Source: Lytechinus pictus (taxonomy: Eukaryota). From it: a DNA stretch of 64,000 nt. Shown piece after piece: positions 1 to 12,900 of this stretch. Position numbers and translations under genes: made by a program. The number at the start of each line of letters is the position of its first letter. The stretch's first letter is position 1. The stretch is taken from assembly GCF_037042905.1 (NCBI RefSeq), contig NC_087245.1:29886001-29950000 (forward strand), read 5' to 3'. The notes beneath the pieces are model-generated. The model saw only the letters and a program-made list of their open reading frames with translations, did no database searches and was not told the origin of the DNA.

Positions 1-233
1 GTTCCCGTAATTTGCTTTCACATCGCCAAAATACCTGCGACCTTGGAAAAATCCCCGCGAAAGTTCTCGTAATTTCGCCAAGTACCTACTATTTAGCGGG
101 TATTTTCTTTCGGGGAAATTACGCGTAGTTTGCTTTCACATTACCAAAATACCTGGTATTTTCTGATCGGGGTAAATTTCCCGATCAGAGAATACCTGGA
201 ACGGACGAACTTCGAGGCGGTCTGAAACCACCT
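1..233 (-). mobile_element. Partial PIF/Harbinger-like MITE, inverted copy of 1205-1645, truncated by the window edge
   Basis: Reverse complement matches the left part of 1205-1645, including terminus AGGTGGTTTCAGACCGCCTCGA. Confidence 0.8.
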
Positions 234-1204
234 ATTGTGTAACCATATCCTTTTCAGGGGGAAAAAATCACATGGCGGCTGAAGGCGATTTGACCCCTGC
301 AAAGCTCAGAACAAAAAAAATGAGCCCTGGAAATCCCCATTCATACATGTAGCAACGCTAAAGCTTAACCAATGTTGCAGATTTAGGCAGTAAGTTGTGC
401 ATTTTTTTAGCCTGATCCTTTCCCCACACTTTTGTTATCTACAGAATCAAGCTAATTACTTGTTTGATTTTTAGAAAAATCATTCATCAATTTTGTTGTA
501 ATTCATTTATAAACCTAAAGTTTACAATTATAAACAAATTACAGGTGCAGTATGTATGCCAACACAGTCTAAAGATAGTACAAGTATATATCACAACATT
601 TCCTGTTACCGTTCTTTGCTTTTACAGTTTCATATTGTTTCGCTTCATTCAATGCAGGCTAGGATGCATTAGTGCATGTACAGTGTAAAAAAAAAGGCTT
701 AATAGAGCGAACCGGCTGAAATAATATGCATTGTGGTATAAAGTGGTGAAGTCAACAAATCAGAAAATATTTCATACATATGCATTCAATTCTATTAAAT
801 TTGCAAATTGAATTATTGGAGAATGTAATTTGATGGTGTACAGACTGTCTCTTTTGTAATTTGGTCATGCATACTGGAGTTTCTAACACTCGTACTTTTC
901 AATTCGATAGGCCAGAATTAATGAAAACAGGGTGAGATGCCGTACCTATATCACAACATACTGTTCACCAGCAGCACAATCCATTTTGTAATTTTGTCAT
1001 GCGTAAATTATTTTCCCCATCTGATTGTACTTTTCAATTTCATAGATGCCTTAATATCTCAGATACAGTATATTGAACCTACATTAAGATGGTGCAATTG
1101 GAAATTTTGCCACACTCTTCCCCCAAACAGATATGGACTTTGTTTATGAGCCAAATTGAAGGATTTCAATTGCAAAAGGTATTACATGCATACTTTTACA
1201 ATAA

Positions 1205-1645
1205 AGGTGGTTTCAGACCGCCTCGAAGTTCGTCAGTTCCAGGTATTCTCTGATCGGGAAATTTACCCCGATCAGAAAATACCAGGTATTTTGGTAATGT
1301 GAAAGCAAACTACGCGTAAAAATGGCAAAATTACGAGAACTTTCGCGGGGATTTTTCCAAGGTCACAGGTATTTTGGCAATGTGAAAGCAATTTACGGGA
1401 ACTTTTAGCCCAGCGTGTCGTTGGGCGCGGGCGCCGTGGGTGGCTGCTGGGCTAGTGGTTTTGAATCTCGCGCCTTGCCTGCTTATTAGACCATACTGCG
1501 CATGCTCCTAACTTCAGGAATTTATCCCGAAGGGTATGTTTTGGGGCGGTGTGAATGCAGGAATAATTAATGGGTATTTTTTAGCCTAAAAATGTTCTCG
1601 TAATTTAACGGGGATTCTTGTGGTCGAGGCGGTTTGAAACCACCT
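1205..1645 (+). mobile_element. PIF/Harbinger-like MITE
   Basis: TIRs AGGTGGTTTCAGACCGCCTCGA / TCGAGGCGGTTTGAAACCACCT; TAA on both sides (1202-1204, 1646-1648); internal TGTGAAAGCAA subrepeats. Confidence 0.85.
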
Positions 1646-1732
1646 TAAGAGAATAGTTTAAAAGAAAGACGGGTGAGATGGCGTATTTGCTGGTGTTTAT
1701 TATTAAGTAATTCTTATTTGGCATGCATCTCT

Positions 1733-2155
1733 CCCGGAGGGGGGCTAGTCAAATATATTGCTGTACGCACGCGTGACAAAAAAAAACACGTTTAAAGGGG
1801 TGTTTTTTTTCAGTTTTGGACGCGGGCCACGTGGCACTCGTTAAGGGTATAAAAAACACAAATTTTTAAAAAAAGGGGTAGTTTTGAAAGACTGGTCAAT
1901 GGTCAATCGCAGGGTCAAACGTATTAAAGGTATGTTTTTTTCCAAAGCTTTTTATTAAAGATTAGCCTATCGTGTTTAGGGCATGTTTTTTTTCCCTCAA
2001 GCTTTTTCCCCGGGTTCATATTCTGGCGACAACTTGTTTAGGGGGTTATTTTGCACACAGAGAAAAACTCGTTAAGGGGGTGTTTGGAAATAATTTGGCC
2101 AGGCGTGTGTACAGCAATACATTTTACTGTTCTCCCCCCTCCCCCCCCCCTGGGG
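1733..2155. mobile_element. Non-autonomous DNA transposon with CCCGG(G)n termini and 8-bp TSD
   Basis: TSD GCATCTCT at 1725-1732 and 2156-2163; poly-G/poly-C termini; subterminal IR TATTGCTGTAC / GTACAGCAATA. Confidence 0.8.
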
Positions 2156-2693
2156 GCATCTCTGATAAAATATCAGAAATATATAATGGTATACTTTCAA
2201 ACTTGAAGTTTGAACTTTTAACAACAAATCTATTAAAGACTGAATTACTCAATTTCAAATTCATGCAAAGTAGGCACATGTGTGTAAAACCTTAAATTGG
2301 AACCAAGCTCCTCATTTGATATAACATCACTATACTGCAGTCGGCATGGTCATTTTATCACATGCAATCTATTCCCCAGTCCCTGACTAATGGCACTTTT
2401 TGATGAGCACAATTTGATAAGCAACATATGTTCTATTGGTATATCTGGAGAGTGGAGGGTATGCAGTAGTACTTTTTCGCATCAGCTGACCTTTCCAGCA
2501 CAGAATTCAATTGTATTCTAGATTGATGTACGCTGTGCTCAAAATAATCTAATAAAGATTAAAGTATGCCATGAAATACTGCTTGACAAAATACGTAACA
2601 GCCTACAAACATGGCAGTTTGCCAATTAGGTGGGGGGGGGGGGGGCTTTGTACATGAACAGTATGCGGGGGGATGTGCTTCGTTGATCACTAT

Positions 2694-3072
2694 AGGGCTG
2701 TCTGCACCAGTTTCCAAATTAGCGCGCTATTTCTGATCTGGCAAATTATTCCGATCTGAACAATCTCAAGATTTGTCATGGAGACGCAATTATCGCGCTA
2801 GTTTGCAGGATTAATCTCGAGATTGCAATCCCAAGTTAACATGGGATTAGTTGCAAAATAGCGCGCTATTTTACAAATTATCCCGCTAATTTGCAGGTGC
2901 AGACGCACTCGGGATTATTTATTCACGGCGTCAGACCATAATGCCTCGCTCGAGCAGGAATCGCTCTTCTTGCGATGGTGGAGACGGGGTTTCTTGAATC
3001 TCGAATTTAATCGCGAAGAGGGCCGATCGTGCTAAAATCTCGAGATTGAGCAAATTGGTCTGGTGAAAGCCT
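2694..3072. mobile_element. Probable degenerate MITE with TAGCGCGCTATTT subrepeats
   Basis: Imperfect terminal IR (GGCTG..CACCAG / CTGGTGAAAGCC) and repeated palindromic subunits; no clear TSD. Confidence 0.4.
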
Positions 3073-3500
3073 GTAGCATCGCCTAATTTCCCCACAACAT
3101 GCCCCGTTCTGAAGATGCCATCAGGAGTAATTATTTATACTATTATAATTTCAATTGGCCAGGGCATAGAATTGCACATCGATATAAAATAGCTGCAATC
3201 CATAGGGCCTACAATGTACATGCATAGGCCTCGCTACAAAAATACAAATACATGGCTGAGAATGGGCTGCAAATATGTGTCCTTCAATCAGTCGCAGATC
3301 CAGTAGGATTAGACAATATAATCATAAAGGCCGACTTTTGTGCAAAAACAATTTGGGCCCTGAAATGGCATATTGTGGTCAACCCGGCTAGATCCGCCAT
3401 GTCCTTCAATGTTCATTGAAAGTCAGTATTTCTCAGGTGCTAGTAGCATACATGTTTTATGGTAAACCCAAGGAGGTAAAAAAATGGTATTAAGAGGCTA

Positions 3501-3784
3501 TAATAATAATAATAATAGCATTTATCAGGCGCCGATTATCTAGTTGCCTACATGTATTTAATGGTGCACTATATATATACTACCCTGGCTGTAGTTCCTG
3601 CTGCCAAAGGCGGTTGGTGCATTCAAGGAATGATCCTGCCTGGTACCCATTCACCTCACCTGGGTTGCGAGCAGCACAGTAAAGGTAAATTTCTTGCTGA
3701 AGGAAAACGCCCCATGGTTGGGATTCTAACCCACCTCCCTCTGATTGAAAGACGAGAATCGAAACCACTAGACCACAACGCCCC
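3501..3784 (-). mobile_element. tRNA-derived SINE
   Basis: Minus strand: A box TGGTCTAGTGG, B box GGTTAGAATCCC, body CCTTCAGCAAGAAATTT...CCCAGGTGAGGTGAATGGGTACC, (TTA)n tail; related copy near 58450-58712. Confidence 0.8.
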
Positions 3785-5628
3785 CACATTAAAACTTTTA
3801 CTATTGTAAGAACAAACGGAGAAGTGGGAGTGAGACACCTCCCTGGTACAAACATGGGTATGAAAATCAAATTCAAATGTCTTTTTTTATTAAAAAATGT
3901 ACATTTTATTGCACAATAGAATGATGCTTGAGCAGTCTGTTCAGGTGCACAAAGGTGATTGTATTCGGATAATGCCCCAAAAGTGTTTGATACACACGGA
4001 AAACTGTTCATTGTATTGGGACAATGCACAAAGTGGTTGTATTGGGAATCTTTTTGGGACAATGCAAAAAAATCCAAGATTCTGTGGTGAAATTATGAAC
4101 CCTGTGGAGTTTAGTAGGCCTACAGCTGTTGTCTATTGCTAATCTGATCACAAGTCTGCCAAGTCTCTAACTCATATTTCGAGGTAATCATCCCACTATT
4201 GGGGTCATGACTTTGACTTCAGGGTGATTCACGCAAAATGCATGCAGAAGAAGCATGCTTTGCCGCTAAAGTTAAAAATCATGCTTTCCCTTTTCATGTT
4301 ACAGAATTGAGGTCTAGTACATTACAAGTAGGCTATGGACATATGGTCAATGACTAGGCCAGTTCTTTTATATTTCTGCTCAAATCAATTGTAGGAAGCT
4401 GTTGAAAATTTGAACCAAATGAGAGATCATTGCAAAACACCATCTTTTTTTCATAAGCCTGTCTACATTCCAAAGGCATTTTCATTGCCCATTTTGAAAA
4501 TGAAGAAAATCAATGCAAATGAGAGAGTCAACAATATCCATTTCTGAAAATTTGATAACTATTAGTAATTTTTTGATAGAAGCATGATAAATTATAATAA
4601 TGGACATCACAAATATTAAGGGTGAAGTAAAACCATGACTTACGTCAAAAGGAGGTACATATGGGCAATACCAAGCAAAAGCAGACATTTTCCAAAATTG
4701 GCTCTACTGTGTATTTCAAATCTAGAACAACATTTCTGATTAAAACTCATATAAAGGAAATTCATAAAGTGGTATCATAATCAGCCTCAATCAAATTCAT
4801 GAAAAATATTCCTTGAAATGTTTAATAGGATAAATGCCAGCCAATGTCAATTCAGTGCCAATGATTATTGGTAAATTGAACAATCTTCAGTGTGGATGCA
4901 AGAAGTGCTTATATTTAAAAAAAAATGCTATCATATTCACAGGAAAACTGAAAGCACCGGTTTGACCAAAAAGAAAAAAAAACTCAGTAACAAAAATCAT
5001 AGAGCAGGCAATCAAACCATGAGGATAGTGCAAACATGGCTCCTACTACTAGCAGCTCGAGTTCATGGCATTTTTAATACATCATGGATTTCTGAAAGCC
5101 ATTCAGATAAAAATCAATGCATGCAAGCAGCGAGGGCTGATTGAGTCAATTCGTCAACAGAGTGAAAAACCCACATTCATCAACTATGACCTTCAATAAT
5201 GTATTATGAAAAAAAAACCCAGATCTATTCATGCACACTACCACTGTAATAATGTATGTTACCAAGGCAAGCCCGCCATGCAGAAAAAACTGCACAAATA
5301 TTGTTTTTGAAATGCTTGGATTCATTTCATCATGATATTTCATGTGTGACATACAGGGTCTGATAATTATGCATTTTCTAATATTTCTATGAACAATCTG
5401 AATACAAACATCCCTGTCTCCAGCATGTAAATACATATAGGCCTACACCCATTCAAGAAAAGGGCTACCAGTATTTTGTTTGATTAAAAAAACACCTACA
5501 TTTGTTACATCAAACAAGGAAATAAGTCACAACACTGAACAGCTGTGGTTTCTGTACATTTGGTAGCTAAATTTTAGTAAGATTTTACAATGTGCTTGCT
5601 AATTTTTTTTGATAATTTACTTTCCTTG

Positions 5629-6053
5629 CAGGGTGCTACATAACTTTTTAGAAGCGCTTGCCCGGATGGGCAAGTAAATTTTGAAAAAGTTGGAATATAA
5701 TTGCCCACAAATCTATTTCACTTGCCCGAAAAAATCCTTGATAAAAAAGTTTTACCTCTACAAAAGAAAGTTTTGCGGTTTTATAAAACCATTGACCTTT
5801 TTCTCTCTCTTGTTAATATTGCATTTCTTTTTCCAAAGTGATTTTCTCTTGCCTGCCATGACCAAAATTATGGTCAATATCATATCGACCCTAATTTTGG
5901 TCATTCTACAGAGAATTTTGCTATCTACTGTGTGAATTTTGCTTGCCCAATTCGGGCAAGTAGTTTTGGCCTTTACTTCAAAACACTTGCCCGACTCTAA
6001 CTTTTACGTGCACCTGGCAATCGGGCAAGTGCTTAGGTACATGTAGCACCCTG
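5629..6053. mobile_element. hAT-like MITE with 5-bp TSD
   Basis: 13-bp TIR CAGGGTGCTACAT; CCTTG at 5624-5628 and 6054-6058; CTTGCCC/GGGCAAG subterminal repeats. Confidence 0.75.
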
Positions 6054-6310
6054 CCTTGGTTCATAATTGACTGTACATTACAACCAGAGCAGTTGAAATA
6101 AGAAGGGGAACTCTGAAAAGTACTACATTTATATGTATTTTCAAGACAATACATTTTTGTTGTAATTGGGCATATAGTGAAATACCAGTTTCTGTCTTTC
6201 TGATGTTAATTAGTCTGCAGATTGTATGGATGACGTGACATACCTGCACTCACTTCCCTCTTCCCAAATAAACTTTCAAACTTAACATACATGTAATAAA
6301 GGGGTGCAAC

Positions 6311-6461
6311 CAGGGTTGTAATAAAAAACGTTTTTTATTAAAAAAAACCAAATAAAACGTTTTTTATTCTTTTAAAACGTTTTAAAACGTTATTTTTGTA
6401 AAAAAAACCGGGTGTTTTAAAACATGTTTTAAAACACACCGTTTAAAACGTGCCAACCCTG
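6311..6461. mobile_element. Short hAT-like MITE
   Basis: TIR CAGGGTTG/CAACCCTG; 8-bp TSD GGTGCAAC (6303-6310, 6462-6469); AAAACGTTTT subrepeats. Confidence 0.8.
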
Positions 6462-6482
6462 GGTGCAACATAAAATAAATAG

Positions 6483-6793
6483 AATAATAATAATAATGAT
6501 GATGATGATAATAATAATGATAATATAAAAATATGCAACATTTCTACATGTATTGCAATATTACAATGTTTCTAAGAGCTGCATATCACCCAGCTTTACA
6601 TGGTGCATGGCTACTCTGATAGGTGCTCACCATTCAAAGAATTTCTTCCTAAAAATACCCATTGGCAACACCTGGGTAAAGAGTGGCAAATGTAGATAAA
6701 TGCCTTGCCAGAGGATGCGAGTGCTGCAGTGGGATTTGAACCCCAGACCTTGTGATTCAAAGTCTGGAGACTTTATATCCACTGAGATACAGT
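6483..6793 (-). mobile_element. Degenerate tRNA-derived SINE
   Basis: Minus-strand B-box-like GGTTCAAATCCC, CTGGCAAGGCATTT...ACCCAGGTG...AATGGGTA body, (ATT/ATC)n tail. Confidence 0.6.
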
Positions 6794-6837
6794 CCCTCTT
6801 ACATGTACATGTATAATTACACAGCGAAGCCATATAC

Positions 6838-6997
6838 CTGTTTTTCTTGGGCTAGCCGGAGGTGTGCAGTCTGGAGATCCTATCGGAGACCCAGCAATAC
6901 CGATGGGCTCTGACCGCAACGAAGCCAATTTCTGATGACGCTGTACCTCACGACACCTCTGTGCTGCTAAGATTGTACCCGTGGGAATTGTAGCCAT
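6838..6997 (-). CDS. First coding exon (exon 7055-6838) of an unidentified gene: MATIPTGTILAAQRCREVQRHQKLASLRSEPIGIAGSPIGSPDCTPPASPRKT; the gene presumably continues left of the window
   Basis: Polypyrimidine tract plus CAG acceptor at 7058-7056; in-frame TAA just upstream of AAGATGG; CAG|GTATAT donor at 6837; GC-richer than flanks; SP/TP-rich peptide. Confidence 0.65.
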
Positions 6998-9900
6998 CTT
7001 TCCGTCTTAATCAATGTCCGACCGATACTGAGCAAGTCTAGTCCGATGATACTGCCTGTGTATGGAGAGGAATGAATGAGAAATGAAGATGGTTGAGTCA
7101 AGGCAACTCAGCTGAGTAGGTTATCTAATACTGCAGATCTAGCTTCGATTCAGGCTCAAGATATTATAGGTGGAAGTCTACAGTCATACAGATTGTAATG
7201 TAAAGTATGAAATCAAATCCAGCTTCACTTTCAACCAATCAGAATCATTAATTCCTTCCTGCAATTTATACATTCCAAAATTTCAATTTCCTGTATTGAC
7301 ATTCATCTCCAAATAATTCAAACATTTTCTCTCACATTTGATGAATTTGCAGCACATCATTGAAAGATTCCTTTGCACCCAGCTCTTATAAACCATTTTG
7401 CAAACGCAGGCTCTTTATTTCAGTTTACAAGTTCAGAAATGCCACGTTTTTCTCATGAATTACATTAGGCTGCTATGAAGACTGAGATAATTATATTATT
7501 CTACTGTATATTGACCTAGAGAATGCCAATGTTGACCATCCACTAGCTTGTTGCTATCATTTGGCATCCAAGCTACAGATATATCTAATTAAACATGATC
7601 ATCTCAATAGTATGTTGCCCTCGAACCCAAGTTACATGTACATGTAGTCACCAATTTTTTTTTTTTTTTGGGGGGGGCTTTCTTTTTTCTTTTCCTTCCT
7701 CTGTGAACTCCCCATGAATTTGCACCTTTAATGTGCAACATTGCGAATTCCAAGTTTATTAATCAGGCCAATTATTGATAGTACCTGATTGATGTTATGC
7801 ATCATTGGCATACAGATTGAGGAGCTGGGGAAATAGACCCCCCCTCAAAAAATTTCAGGACCAAGAAAAAAAAGGAGAAAAAAGAAAAAGGAGAGAAATA
7901 TGATTATAATTTTCTAATTATATAAATAATGTCACAAAATTAGATATTTGTGATAAAAAGGCTTTTTTTTTGCTCACTCGCAGCTAGTTTCATTGTTGAA
8001 GTTATACCCCCATACGTCAGCCATGTCTGGCCCATCAAAGTCTTTGGCTCAGAAAAGAGAGAGAGAGAGAGGGTGGTTCAAGACATATCCACAATTACCA
8101 AAACTGCCCTCGCAAGTTTTTCACCAAAAATATTCTGGGAAAATTCTAAAACAGAAAATAGTAATACACATGTATGCACGTTTATATGTGTAAGAACTTT
8201 ACATGTAGCTTCACAAACTCGAGAATAACAGACTATTAAACTCACAACAATTTTTTTTTCCATCTGGTACTTTGAAAAGTTACAAAAACATTGATTGATT
8301 GAAGCAATAGAAAGACTTGCATGTCAAAATCTGTGTGAAAAAAAAAGTGCATGCTTGATAGAATCTTCAACAACTCTAATGTGTCTTCCTTTCTCAACTC
8401 AGGATTAAGGAGGATAATCCTAATTTTCTCCTTTTTTGTAAATCCTTCATCCTTCACTTGGTACAATACATTGTTCCAATGATGCATTACCTAGGTCCAT
8501 GGCATAAATGACCAGGTTGTTCAATGAACAAATAAAAATCACAAATAAACAAATTTAATTTGTGCAGTACAGTTTCATCAGAGTTATTCTGAGTTTTCTG
8601 ACAAAGGCAAAAACATACCATTTTATTTTTTTTATTATTTTTTTTGGGGGGCTAAATTTTACAACTTAATGTCTTAGTCTACAATAAGCTTTAAAATTGC
8701 AATAAATTGGGATTTTCTAGAGCTCTTGCTTTTATAATAGTTTCTGGGGCTACTTTTAGCATTTCAGGGGCTAAATCGCCCCGAGCCCCCAAGTAAATTT
8801 TTTCTCAGCCCTGACAGAGAGATGAAAAATAATAACAGACTTGAAAAAAAAATGGAGCAAGATCATCCAAGACAAAGTTATGAGAATTTCAATTTGGCAA
8901 AATAAGCGTCATTCATTTTCAACATGAAAGTTGATCAGGGATGACAAGCCAGTGGTTCAGAGGACTTCACAACGGCCGCTGGAGATGAGAACAGGTCTAT
9001 ATCAAGCAGTTTATCATTTTCAGTCCTGTATTCATATACATGTATCTTAGCGATTAATCGTATGCTTTATTTTTAATAGCAATTGATAGTACATTGTTGC
9101 AATCTATCGACAAAATATATTCTGCAATCATTGCTAATCTTTGCAGGCTCCTGGTCAATTAAAAATTTATTCCATATTTTCAAATACCGTACATGTATTT
9201 AACAGCATAAAATGTACACTGTATCAACAAGGCTATCAAGTCACACAAAATCTGTCAAAAAGCCAAAATAAATTCATGTCTATGCAGGTGTACACGTACT
9301 TACATAGTATGTATGCAAGTATTAAACATATATTGTAATTTGGAAATCACACAAAAATCAGAATTGTGAATTTGGTGCCAAAGATTTGTCATCATTTTGA
9401 AATTACAGTCATTTTTTTTCTCGTTTATCCAGATACTGTACAAGATACCGGTACAATCAGCAATCAATTTCCTAGGGATGACACAAATGACAGAACCAAA
9501 AGATCTGCAATGCAATTTCTCTGAATAAACTTACAGAATCCAAAAAACACTGAAAAATATGTTAACATTTTTAGTTTTTTACCTGTGACCTTCCAATTGA
9601 ACTCTACTTTCCAAAATTTTGACGGCACTTGAATCTTCACAGAGGACGTTAGTTGTCCATGTGACCCGCATGAACCGGCCGGCCTTGTGTACATCGGGGT
9701 ACAGAGAACTGCTTAGAACTGCGGGGGAACAGGGTTTTATGTAATTCTCCGCCACTGATCAATAATCAAGATTGAGAAACCAGCCCAAGGAGTTTGCACA
9801 AAGGACACTTCCCCCTACAGGATTGCAGTCACAATAGAGATCGATACTCTGAAACAGAATGGACCGCCACAGGAGACAATGGGAGTTCTTTTCACGAGTT

Positions 9901-12900
9901 GGTGACAGACAAAAGAGTAGTGACAGTGTCCCAAACAAAACTCGGTTGTAATTTTTCATTGCATAACCTTGTGTTCTCGAACGCTCTTGCTCCCCCATTC
10001 AGTCAATGCATGACCCACTTCTGTAGTTCATGAATCCTCACCCCAATAAGCTAGCTCTATTTTTTTTTTAATTCATTCTGATCTTGAACAGAATGCAGGT
10101 CTAGGCTCTCGAGTCTCGAGATAGAGCATAATTAAGAATTTGGCCTACTTTTGATGGTATCCTGACAAGTAAACCCATATATATAACCCTTACCCTCTTG
10201 AAGAGAAGTTGTCAAGGGCATAATTTATCCCCCAAGTAAAATTTGGGTTTTGTATTGTCCAAAGATACTGTACAAAAATAACAGAATTACGAGAATGCTA
10301 CATGGAAATCCATGAAAATTGCATTTAAGATATATTTTTGTTCCTCAAAAGGAAGAGAAACTTTTTTAAATAACATTTTTATAACATTAAATTTTATCCA
10401 AAATGTGATGTATTGTAAAATAACAAAATATGATATTTACATCACGTAAAACTTACATTTTTACAAAATTAAAAATGAATGAAAAGAGGTCAAGTTTTAG
10501 TGACTTCATAGACCTTCAGAGTAAAAGATGCAAATCGGAAAACAGTAACGGCTGTAAAATCAATAATGGAAGTATTTTGAAGGCTGATGATCTAGTTAAG
10601 TTTGGTATATTGTACACAATCCTCAAAACAGTTACCGGTACAAGAAATGATCATTACTTGTAGGGTGCATATTAATCACATAAAGAGAGTCCCTATGGGC
10701 TATTCCATGGTTACCCACGTTACATTTGGAGACACCTTGACTCATACTTGGAGCTGTAACTCCATTATTATTGATAGGAACTAAACATCTCTTTATCACA
10801 ACATAGTATGCAGTCTGACTATCCTTTGTATAAAAACAAAACTTGGGAAATTTCATTATGCTCCTGGCAAATCTTTGAAATGTGTCGGTTACTCATGTTA
10901 CATGATTTGGACATGCATAAAAAGAAAAGTGGACATAAGTGAAAAGTGTCCTCAGACAAGGCTTTTATGAAAGTTGATTATATCCATTTCAAAGAAGTAT
11001 ATTAGGGAGACAAATTTGTATATAATTAAAAAAATAAAGAACACATGGTTTTTACTAGGGGTGCAGATAAAGTGGTTACTCACGTTACGGTTCAGATGGG
11101 CCATATGTACAAAGACACATTGAGCTCATGTCCACCAACCTATGGAATTGCCCCTATGGCCTACATGTATGCACTTAAGATACAGAGTAAGTAAACAAAA
11201 ACATACACCCCAAAAATTGTCAACTATACAAAATATGCCCTGAAAGAGTATCTTCTAAAAAATAATTTGTTACCATTTTTATAATGGTTATTTTACACTT
11301 GGATATAATCAGGAGATAAAATTGCTGTGCCAGAGTAAGGTATGACTGCAGTCAACAGTTTTAAAATAAGTACATGTAGCAAGAAAAACCATTGCAAGCT
11401 ACTTTTTAAAATGAAATAAACATGATAATCCTTTCCTAAAAAACTTTGTAGAATCAATTAATATCAATAAAATCGGAAAGGTATTTCACAATAAAGCGAA
11501 ACTCATTAGAGGATTATGACTTCATGGACATTTGGATGAATTTGTTGCAGTCACTATACGTTTGCACAAATCAGGACTCGCTGTATATAAAAGCTATACC
11601 CGATTGTTTCCAGAGAGAATCATCTTTCTACACTGTAATGAAATATAAATGATAAAGTTTGCGTACAATTTTAGCTAGCTCTTGACTGGTAATTTTCTAT
11701 TCAATTATGAATTGCGTTTACTCCTTCTTCTTTTGGGTTGATCTGCCTCCTTCAAGACTGAAGATTCTTGCAGATATGGTTGACGCAGTGTGTGTGTGAG
11801 TAGCTGGGTTAAGGTGCAGTGTGCGTATTTACAAGGTGTAAATATACATGTAAATAGTATTGATGATTTAGCTTCTGCCTTCTGTCAAGCTCTCGGGGGG
11901 GGGGGGGGGGGGAGGGGGGCCACTTCCATTGACGAGTGGATACCATGTGCGACCATGGGGTCTCCAAAAGCACCCTAAACATATTATTTTCCATGTTCTG
12001 AAAATGCACCCCTTAATAAGTATTGGTGTGTGGAAATCTACCCTGCCCTTTACTGCGGCAGCCCGAACACGTACTGTGTTCGGGCTGCGTTGTGATTCAC
12101 CCCGGCTCACCAGATCAAACCAGATGAGCATCGGGAATCAATCAAAAATACATAAAATTGCACAAAACTGTTACAAAGGAATCAATACATACTTACAACT
12201 TGAGGCGCAATATGGGCGCCCCTCAAAACTTCGAAATAATTCCCCAAAACGAAGCAAAAACGTCGGAAAATTTTGCCGGTGTGCATTAAAAGTCGTTTGT
12301 ACAGGAAGCAATGGAGGATCGATATAGCCTTTTGACGAGGCAACGAGATAAATTGATTTTTATCTTCGTGCTAGCAGAAAACAAAAACAAAAGATAAATA
12401 ATAGCCTAATCCTTATAAAAACAAAAAATAAAATAATAATCGATTATAATACGTTTATAATACGCTCTTCCTATTAATTTCACCCTGTTTATTCACTGAG
12501 GATCCTATAGAAATATACTAGAAGTCTTTGACAAAAGGCTATCGTATGAGGCATGCGAGAAAGGGTAATATGAATATTCATAAGTCTAACTTAGTGGCGT
12601 AATTTCTTTTTCGATGGTTTGGCTGCGTGGCAGCCAGTGAATAAATCACTATTTTAACGGCCTTTTGTTTTTATTCGATTAGCTTCTTTTCATGTAATTT
12701 TTTTCTTCATTCTTTTCTCGTGTTCTAATATTATTTCTTAGTTCTCCCTCGTGATTTCTTTTCACTTTCTTTATTTTTTATCCCCTTTTCCGTTTTGTTT
12801 TTATTATTTTCATATTTTGTTCATCTACTTTTCGTTTCGTAGTTGATTTTCTTTTCCTTTCTTTACTGTTTCATTCTTTTCTTTTTTACTTTTGCTCTTT

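Noticed and set aside
3700..3784. tRNA gene (also near 6720-6790, 52960-53025, 58640-58712)
   Set aside because: The A/B boxes continue into a shared SINE body and simple-repeat tail; I could not fold a complete cloverleaf.
11895..11920. Poly-G tracts as dedicated G-quadruplex regulatory elements
   Set aside because: Most are parts of MITE termini or simple homopolymers; nothing here supports an independent function.
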